Shown: piece after piece, positions 14,449-21,800 of the stretch | How the letters are laid out: every line of letters begins with the position of its first letter | How positions within the stretch are numbered: position 1 is the stretch's first letter | DNA from: a virus | Length of the DNA: 61,191 bases | Reading direction: 5' to 3' (one strand) | IMG/VR virus record: IMGVR_UViG_3300033150_001094 | Span: 1 to 61,191 of that record | Position numbers and translations under genes: made by a program | The notes under the pieces: model-generated | Databases searched by the model: none | Seen by the model: only the letters and a program-made list of their open reading frames with translations | Told to the model about the DNA's origin: nothing

Positions 14449-15321
14449 ATGTGCCGAGTGACGCCTAATCTTCCCGCTAAGGCTGAGCTGGTAGTTACCG
14501 CTGAGCCTGTCTGCGGCAAGAGCGTTATGCAAGACTTCATTGAGCGCATGTTGGCCCGTCCGGGCCACAACGTTGTGGCCGCTGGAAGCGTCGCTCGCCC
14601 GATTCTGGCCAACAGCACGGGCCAAGTGGCTTTCTCGTCTGAGATTTGTCCAGCTGTCGCGTACGGTGAAGATACTGTGGCAATCGCCACATATGACACA
14701 GCCGTGGCTCACGGTATCGGTGCGGTTGCTGTCTGCACAGCCGACAGGGAGGCGGCCATCGCCGTTGGCGTGCAATCCCGTGCCCACTACCACGGCAATG
14801 ACGGTTGCGCTATTGCCGACGGCACATTGTCTGTCGCAAGTGCGTGCGGCGAAGGCTGCTACGTTGGCACCACTGTGGGGATAGCCGTCTTGCACGGCTC
14901 ATGCGGTGTCGTCACTGGCAATGAGACAGTCGTTGTGGGCAATGACAACGTTGTGAATGTCGGCCGCAAAGGATTCATCAGAGGCGAAAGAAACAGTATT
15001 GCATTGATACCGGAATCTTCCGTGGAGGGAGTTGTTGCTGTTTACGGCTCACGCAACACAGTGATTTGTATGCGGCAAATCCGATTGCTTGTCGGGCCTA
15101 AAAGCACCGTATACTTGCAGAATCCTAGCATTGTGAAGGCCGGCAAGGAAAGCCTGGTCTATTTCACGCCCACGGATGGCATCTATTCGACGTTTCACGT
15201 CGGCGAAGACATTCCTGCTGACACATGGCTGGCGTTCAGCGTGGAGGATAATGTCGTGGAGGTCACGGAGACCGACCAGTTGGCAGAAATCCCATCAACA
15301 AGCAGCCAGGAGGAGTCGTGA
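14449..15321 (+). CDS. beta-solenoid repeat protein
   Basis: Reiterated short A/G/V repeats (AVAHGIGAVAVCTADREAAIAVGV..., GNETVVVGNDNVVNVG). The C-terminus is HVGEDIPADTWLAFSVEDNVVEVTE. The start is uncertain (TTG 14401 or ATG 14449/14527), and the strong SD at 14421 serves an out-of-frame ATG at 14433. Confidence 0.6.
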   Translation: MCRVTPNLPAKAELVVTAEPVCGKSVMQDFIERMLARPGHNVVAAGSVARPILANSTGQVAFSSEICPAVAYGEDTVAIATYDTAVAHGIGAVAVCTADREAAIAVGVQSRAHYHGNDGCAIADGTLSVASACGEGCYVGTTVGIAVLHGSCGVVTGNETVVVGNDNVVNVGRKGFIRGERNSIALIPESSVEGVVAVYGSRNTVICMRQIRLLVGPKSTVYLQNPSIVKAGKESLVYFTPTDGIYSTFHVGEDIPADTWLAFSVEDNVVEVTETDQLAEIPSTSSQEES

Positions 15322-15800
15322 TGAAACCACGCAAGGTTTACAAAGTGGTGTATTGCTTCGACGGCAAACGATGGTCGGCGGCCGTGCGGGCGCCGGGATG
15401 GATGCTTGAATATCACGTCAACAGACCAACAGTGCCGACAGTTCAGCAGTCCTGTCTGTACGCGTTCAAAGACTATCATTCGGCGCTGCTGTTTATGAGG
15501 GACTACGGCAGCTGTCGGCACGAACTGTGGGAGTGTGACGGGATTGTGGTGCCCGTGCCTCGCGTTGTGGTGGTTTCGCCGTACGCAGAAACCATGATGT
15601 GGCTGTGGCAGCGATACACGAAAACATGTGAACTGGGTGGCGGCTGCCGGCCGCCGCACGGCACGATCATGTGTAGCAGCATCACGCTGCGGCAACGGCG
15701 AGCAATCTATGGATTCAAGGATGGCAGGATAGACGTTTTTCGAGTCCAGCCCAACGGAACGCCATACGGCCAATCTCCCGAGGGCGTTAAGCCATGCTAA
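15321..15800 (+). CDS. VYKVV-family paralogue 1
   Basis: MKPRKVYKVV...LYAFKDYHSALLFM...ELWECDG...CRPPHGTIMCSSITL. SD is CAGGAGGAG, and the ATG overlaps the upstream TGA. Confidence 0.7.
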   Translation: MKPRKVYKVVYCFDGKRWSAAVRAPGWMLEYHVNRPTVPTVQQSCLYAFKDYHSALLFMRDYGSCRHELWECDGIVVPVPRVVVVSPYAETMMWLWQRYTKTCELGGGCRPPHGTIMCSSITLRQRRAIYGFKDGRIDVFRVQPNGTPYGQSPEGVKPC

Positions 15801-15838
15801 CGGAGCAGTCACGATGAAATCCCGCAAGGTTTACAAGG

Positions 15839-16294
15839 TTGGACGGGAAGCGTTGGTCGCTCTTCGCACGATCACCGAAGTGGATTGTTAAGTATCACGT
15901 CAACCGACCAACAGTACCGACAATTCAGTGGTCCTACCTCTACGCATTCAAGGACTACCATTCGGCACTGATGTTTATGCAAGAGTGCGGAACTTGCGAC
16001 TACGAATTATGGGAGTGCGACGGCGTAATAGCACCCGTGCCTCGCGTTCTCGTGATTACGCCGCATCCAGATGCTATGACCTGGTTGTGGCGACAATACA
16101 CGCATGTGTGTGAGTCGGGTGGCGGCTGCCGTCCGCCTCACGGCACAATCGTGTGTAGCAGCATCACGCTAAGGCGACGGCGGGCAGTCTATGGCCTGAA
16201 AGACAACATGCCGAACATTTTCCGTGTCCACCCTGACGGCACACCTTACGGACGGGTGCCGGAAGGCGTCGCGGTTGGTGAAATACCGTTCTAA
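15839..16294 (+). CDS. VYKVV-family paralogue 2, N-terminus detached by an 11-nt deletion
   Basis: The ATG at 15814 encodes MKSRKVYKV and then stops at 15891 in the wrong frame. The rest (DGKRWS...LYAFKDYHSALMFM...PHGTIVCSSITL) is in the +1 frame and only has a TTG start. Confidence 0.5.
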   Translation: MDGKRWSLFARSPKWIVKYHVNRPTVPTIQWSYLYAFKDYHSALMFMQECGTCDYELWECDGVIAPVPRVLVITPHPDAMTWLWRQYTHVCESGGGCRPPHGTIVCSSITLRRRRAVYGLKDNMPNIFRVHPDGTPYGRVPEGVAVGEIPF

Positions 16295-16320
16295 TACTCT
16301 AGCACGAGAAGGACACACAG

Positions 16321-16779
16321 GTGCGCACTATCGAAGTCTACAAAGTCGTAAGGAGGTCAGGCGACAAATTGCAGTCTGCCCTCATTTACGATCAAAGGTT
16401 CATTGTGGACTATGTGCCCGGCAAACCCACCAAACCGAAACATCCGGGGTCGCTCCTGTACGCTTTCAAAGACCTAAAATCTGCCGTGCGGTTCATGGGA
16501 AGTAACTGCTTGCCCGGCCACGAAGTCTGGGTGTGCCAAGCGATACCATCAAGGCGCAAGCCAAAAGCGGCGAACTGCACGGCTTTGTTCACGCGATTCT
16601 GGAATCTCTTCACGAGGCGCAAAGACATTCCTCGCCTCGTTCTTGGGCTCGTACCACCTGGGTGTATCCTTTGTTCCGAGATCACGCTCGTGAGGCGTGT
16701 CGCCAGATTTCAGTGCTTTGATGGCACAGACGACGAACCTATAGTCTTCGTCGACGAACACGGAAGGAACCCGAAATGA
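16321..16779 (+). CDS. VYKVV-family paralogue 3
   Basis: MRTIEVYKVV...LLYAFKDLKSAVRFM...EVWVCQA...PPGCILCSEITL, with a GTG start. Confidence 0.65.
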   Translation: MRTIEVYKVVRRSGDKLQSALIYDQRFIVDYVPGKPTKPKHPGSLLYAFKDLKSAVRFMGSNCLPGHEVWVCQAIPSRRKPKAANCTALFTRFWNLFTRRKDIPRLVLGLVPPGCILCSEITLVRRVARFQCFDGTDDEPIVFVDEHGRNPK

Positions 16780-17015
16780 GCGCACTTTCAATCAAAAACA
16801 TTGTCGAGCACGCAATGGCGCTCAAGCCAAAAGGCGTCAGTGCCTCTGATGTGCGGCGAGCAGCAGAAAGGGCTATCACCCAGCATCGCCGTCTTTATCT
16901 TGAAACCAGTTATGCCGGCGGTCCCGGACGATGTTACATTCCGTCTACGCCGGGCGAAGAAGCAGAATGCGAAAAACTTGTCCGCACCAGCACACGGTGG
17001 TATCGCTTGCTCTAG
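16776..17015 (+). CDS. hypothetical protein (79 aa)
   Basis: ATGA overlap with paralogue 3. Not related to the family. Confidence 0.5.
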   Translation: MSALSIKNIVEHAMALKPKGVSASDVRRAAERAITQHRRLYLETSYAGGPGRCYIPSTPGEEAECEKLVRTSTRWYRLL

Positions 17016-17032
17016 TGACGAGGGGGATTGCT

Positions 17033-17426
17033 ATGCAAAAGACTGTTTACAAAGTCGTTAGGCGCGCAGACGGTGGGCGACGTTTTTCGGTCGCTACGCA
17101 CGAACCAGAATGGAGGGTTGAATACTCGCCCCATTTTCCGGCTCGGCAAGGACGCCGTCTCGTTCGCCCTGTTCATGGGAGGCGTTGGGCTTGAGATATG
17201 GTTGGCGGAAGCCGACGTGGTAGAGCAGAAAGCGCGTGCCGGGTTTTTTCAGGGGTGGGATTACCTTTATCGCGTGTTCTGGGAGCACTATGACGAAAAG
17301 ATAGGCGAGCCCGCACCGCGAGGCACGGTGCTGTGCTCTACCATCACGATAAAAGAGCGCCTAGCAGAAACCGTGGAATCTTCCGATGGTCTGATCACTC
17401 TCCAGGAAATGGAGCCATCCCGTTAA
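17033..17426 (+). pseudogene. VYKVV-family paralogue 4, frame-broken (+1 needed near 17135-17140)
   Basis: MQKTVYKVVRRADGG...WRVEYSPHF is in one frame (stop at 17194). RLGKDAVSFALFMGG...EIWLAEAD...PRGTVLCSTITI is in the +1 frame. The junction is at CATTTTCCGG. Confidence 0.6.
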
Positions 17427-17443
17427 CCGCAAAGGTGAAGCCA

Positions 17444-17872
17444 ATGGCCACTGTTTACAAGGTAGTTTCACGAGATGAGAACGGGCAGTTGTGGTCTGCT
17501 GCCACGGTTGATGAGCGGTGGAAGGTGCGTTACCCAGTGGGGGCGCTCATCGTAGCTCGCCAACCCGATTCGATGCTTTACGCATTCCGTGACTACGACT
17601 CGGCCGCCCGCTTCATGCGGGCATGGTGTGGCAGAACCCACGAAATGTGGGAAGCGGAAGCCGACATTGACCAGTCTGTAGAGATGCCGTGGTGTGCCAC
17701 GGTAGGGTTCATGTTTGATCTGTTCTGGCAGAACATGTCCAAAGTCCCGAGTCGCTACGTCGCTCACGCGCCAGATGGGACGGTCCTCTGCAAAAGCATC
17801 ACCCTACGCAAGAAAGTTGGTGTGCTCGGTCTTGGGACGGTAATCCGCGTCAATGAGCAAGAGGAAAAATGA
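17444..17872 (+). CDS. VYKVV-family paralogue 5
   Basis: MATVYKVVSRDENG...MLYAFRDYDSAARFM...EMWEAEAD...PDGTVLCKSITL. Confidence 0.7.
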   Translation: MATVYKVVSRDENGQLWSAATVDERWKVRYPVGALIVARQPDSMLYAFRDYDSAARFMRAWCGRTHEMWEAEADIDQSVEMPWCATVGFMFDLFWQNMSKVPSRYVAHAPDGTVLCKSITLRKKVGVLGLGTVIRVNEQEEK

Positions 17873-18267
17873 GTACGCTGCATCCCGTTTTCAAGATTGT
17901 CAAAAAGCTCCCAGACGGGCGTCTTGTGTCGCCATGCGTAGGCGATCCAGAATGGCGAGTAGTTTACGTGCGAGACACGTTTGTGACCCCCCAAAAACCG
18001 AATAGCCATCTTTACGCGTTCGGGCGGTTTACGCTTGCAAGCGTGTACTTGCTTGGGCCACTACAGGCGCCTGACCTGGAATTGTGGGCTGGCGTGTCCG
18101 ACGCAGTTGGTATTCCGAGCAAGGAGGCTTGGCCGTGCGACCCACGTTTCTTTGAGACATTTTGGTACGGTGATCGTCGCCGCGTGGTGACTGTTGAACC
18201 GTGGCCCGGCACGCTCGTTTGCAAGAGGATAAAATTGCAATTCAAGATTCCCTTGGAGAGAAAGTAA
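17869..18267 (+). CDS. VYKVV-family paralogue 6 (divergent)
   Basis: MSTLHPVFKIVKKLPDG...HLYAFGRFTLASVYL...ELWAGVSD...PGTLVCKRIKL, with an ATGA overlap. Confidence 0.6.
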   Translation: MSTLHPVFKIVKKLPDGRLVSPCVGDPEWRVVYVRDTFVTPQKPNSHLYAFGRFTLASVYLLGPLQAPDLELWAGVSDAVGIPSKEAWPCDPRFFETFWYGDRRRVVTVEPWPGTLVCKRIKLQFKIPLERK

Positions 18268-18602
18268 TGAAACTCCCGCAAGAAAACGAAAAAGTGCCGT
18301 CTTACCCCGTGCCCGGCTACCTTGCCACGCTCTCGCCGGCCACCGCGAATGACGTGAAGGGCATCAATTTCCCACCGCTGGTGCCAGAGTGCGAGTTTTG
18401 TGGCGATCCCACCGACGGAATGGTGATTGCGATAGGCAAGATCACGGGGACGCCCAGTCCTGTATTCATGCGAATCAGGATATGCCCGGCGTGCTTGGCA
18501 AAGAAACACGGCACAAACGCCATAATCAAGGCAATGGCGTCAATAGACGAAACCGCCGCCGTGCTCAAGGCAGTGGTGGCCACGGTTGCACCTACCAATT
18601 AA
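18267..18602 (+). CDS. hypothetical zinc-ribbon protein (111 aa)
   Basis: MKLPQENEK... with CEFCG...CPAC. TAATG overlap with paralogue 6. Confidence 0.55.
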   Translation: MKLPQENEKVPSYPVPGYLATLSPATANDVKGINFPPLVPECEFCGDPTDGMVIAIGKITGTPSPVFMRIRICPACLAKKHGTNAIIKAMASIDETAAVLKAVVATVAPTN

Positions 18603-18633
18603 ACGAGCCGAGGCAGCCAGCGTTTGTGCCAGT

Positions 18634-18822
18634 TCACTTTCGCCTTTTGGCAAGCTTCCGTAGTGTGCGCCACAGATTGCATTGCCGTTGAGTGCGAGCG
18701 TCCAGGTTGTCCTGGCTGCAATACTCGGCAATCGACTTGCCAGCAGCCTTTGCCTTTTTGGTAAGCGCCCCAGGACGCTTGATTGCACCCTGAATCCACT
18801 GGCTGTTATTCTTCTTTGCCAT
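18634..18822 (-). CDS. small basic protein (62 aa)
   Basis: MAKKNNSQWIQGAIKRPGALTKKAKAAGKS... with SD GGGAGG 7 nt upstream. Confidence 0.55.
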   Translation of the reverse strand: MAKKNNSQWIQGAIKRPGALTKKAKAAGKSIAEYCSQDNLDARTQRQCNLWRTLRKLAKRRK

Positions 18823-18838
18823 CGTGCATCCTCCCAAA

Positions 18839-21800
18839 CTAATAGGCCCCCGATTGCAGTTCTTGAATCATACGAGAAATTTGCTGTGTCGGGCTGAGCC
18901 GTTCCGGCGGCGTGTTGAACATCTCTCGAAGCTGCGCCTCTATCAGCTGGTCCACCATTTTGCTCTTGCCGCGAGGCTGGGCGTACCCACGCCGCACTCT
19001 CTCCTTCTGGATTGCGTCCATCAGGGCGTCCAATGCCCGGATATCCTGTTGGGCGGCCTGCCCTGCCGCCGTGGCCTTCCACGTCTCTGGCACGTAATAG
19101 TACATGCCGCTGCGGGCCGCTCTCGCGTTTTCCAGGATGCGTTGTAAGGCGTCTCGTGCGTCGTACAGCTTTTGCATCTCCAGATCATAGTACCCCGTCT
19201 TGATACCTGTCACCAGGTCCACGACCGGCCCTACGCGAAGTTTCAAGTCACCTATATCCTGGACCATCCGCGAAATCCCCTGTCCAGGATCAATGCCGGC
19301 GATTTCCAGCATGGTTCGCAAAGTGCTGGCCAGCCGGGCGAGCGGTGTCATCGAAATCATGGCGTCCACCGTGGGCTGCCCGTAAAGACCGCTGGTGTAC
19401 TCAAGCGGCCTGCCAGTGTACGGTTCGATCCCAAACAACAACCTCGTGGTGCCTGGAATGAGGGGGTGCATACGTGAGATCATTTTCAGGCTGGTCCGCA
19501 TTGCTGCCATCGGAACGCCACCCGCTGGCGTGGGCAAGAAGAACATGCCCACGTCTTCCATCGGCAGCCCCCACTGCCGGATCACCATTTGCCGCCCTGG
19601 TTCGCCCCCCAAGTGCTCGGCAATTCCCTCTGGCACTGGCACAGCAAACATTTCCCTCATCCACTCGGGCAGTTCTGGCTGTTGAGCCTGTAGTCTGTGC
19701 ATCGCCCGTGTAACCTGAGCTGGGCCACTACGCCAGTCCAGCAGCAACCTGGGCAGCATATACCCCAGGTTCTGCCTCAGCCACGAGTAGAACATGAAGA
19801 TGTTGCCGTACCGGCGTTCCAGTGGACTTAGGCGACCGTAGTTGTATTGCACCTGCCAAACCAATTCGACTGCCTGGGCGGGCGTAAATCCTTTGCGACG
19901 TGCAGCAATATACATTGCCCCCCGCATGGTCGATTCGACAACTCGGTACGCATGTTCGCCTGCGGCTGCCCACGCCTTAGCGATAGTGGCCGCACCACTC
20001 AGCGCCGGCACCTTGCTGACCACGCTTTTCTGTACGTCCTGTCGCGCGCGAGTAAGCAATCCCCTCGGAAGCAATCTCTGCGGGATCGTGTAATACTGTG
20101 AAGCCGCTTGTGTGGCACGGCTGGCCCCCTGGATCGCACGGTAAAACTCCATCTCGTTGGCATAGGGTGGCCTCGTGCCTTTGCTCAAATGGCTTGTGAA
20201 CTCGCCCAGCGCCTTGAAGAACTCTCTGGGGGTGTACGGTGCATCGGCCATCAGGGCCATAACCGTAGCTGACGTGGTGTTCCTCACATGGAAGGAAGGA
20301 AACGGCTGCGTCCACATGAACCTTGTGACTTCCATCACCTTCCCTATCGCCTTCTCCAACCCGTACTGTACCGAACGGTCCTCGGAGAAGTCCAATACCT
20401 TTTGCATCCGCGTAATCATCTCCTTCGGTACGTACAGGCGCTTCTCCAGCCCCCTTGGCACCGAAGTGACGGGTTCTACGGTACGCCACCAGTCGGTCGT
20501 TAGCTCCCTCAGAAAGCTGCCTCCCATTGAGGAACCGCCGAACCGTAGCCGACGCATCCCTTCATCGAGCCGTACCCACTCGTCACGCCCGATCCCCCAC
20601 GTTTGCATGATGCGGCGTTTCAAACCCACAGCCTTGCGCACCCGACGCTTTATCCGCCCACTGGCCGCAGGGTGTGCCGAGAAGAAACGTTCCACGTCAA
20701 CCTCGCTGGCTTCCTGCGGATTGAATGGCAAAATGGTCTTGGCCAAAGCACGCCTAACGCCGAAAACCAGCCCCAACTTCGCCGCGCCCAAGTGGAACAT
20801 TTCTCGGTACGATTCCATCACCTCGGGACGAAAGAGCACGCCGGGTGAGTGGTGTTCCTTCAAGTAGTCAATGGCGACGCCAACCGCGCCGCCGCGGCTG
20901 AGGTATTCAGCAAGTGACGAGACGCCATACAACCGATTTGGTGTCAGCCTGCGAAATGACGCCCAGTCTTCTGGCGTGATACCCCACGCCTTGCCTTCCG
21001 CGGGCACTTCGGCACTTCTGCTTTGCAAAAGACGCCAGAAGTTCTTTCTCTCTTGTTCATGGTTGAACGCCGCAAGATGCCGCACCAACTCGTCACGTCC
21101 AGCCAATCGTTTGGTCAAAAACCTCTTGATGTACCAGTCAGGCAGCGGCGCCGACAACAACCACACATTCCGTTGCCATGCTGGCGCGGGCGATCTGAGC
21201 CATTCAACCAGATATCTGTCGAACGCGTAGAGTGATCTCTTGCCTTCCTGCGTCAGACGGCGACGGCGAATGTCAATGGCCAGATTGTCGTAGGCTTCTT
21301 CGCCAACGCGATACAAGAAATACTTGTCAACGGCGTCCTTCTGGAGCCGTTCTGGCAATCGGGGAATCGGCCCTGCCTCCTCTAACGGTGACGCAGGAAA
21401 CCGGACCTCTGTTGGGTTGACGGCGGGCAGCCGGATAAGTTCCGTGTTCTCGCCAACTGTCCGGCCAAGGTAGTATGTGCCCTCATCATCCATCCCCATC
21501 ACGTAACCAGAGATGCCTTTTTCGCCCACATCCAAGGTTACGGCGGTGCCTGGCGTCCACCACGTTCTCTCGCCGTTCGCCTCAAAGAGCCAGCCGGCTC
21601 GCGTGATCTCTGGGTAGGCGTCTTTTACAGCCGGGCGAGTAAGCACGGGGTCACGAGCAATCTGATTCACCGCCACGGTCGGCAACCGGATTTTCTGGCC
21701 GCGCATCACCGGCCAGAGGGTTGGCGCGTAGCGTTCCTCAAGCACCTTGAATCGTGGCATGTATCGGCTCAGGAACGCATCCAAAAGCTCAGGCACCTTG

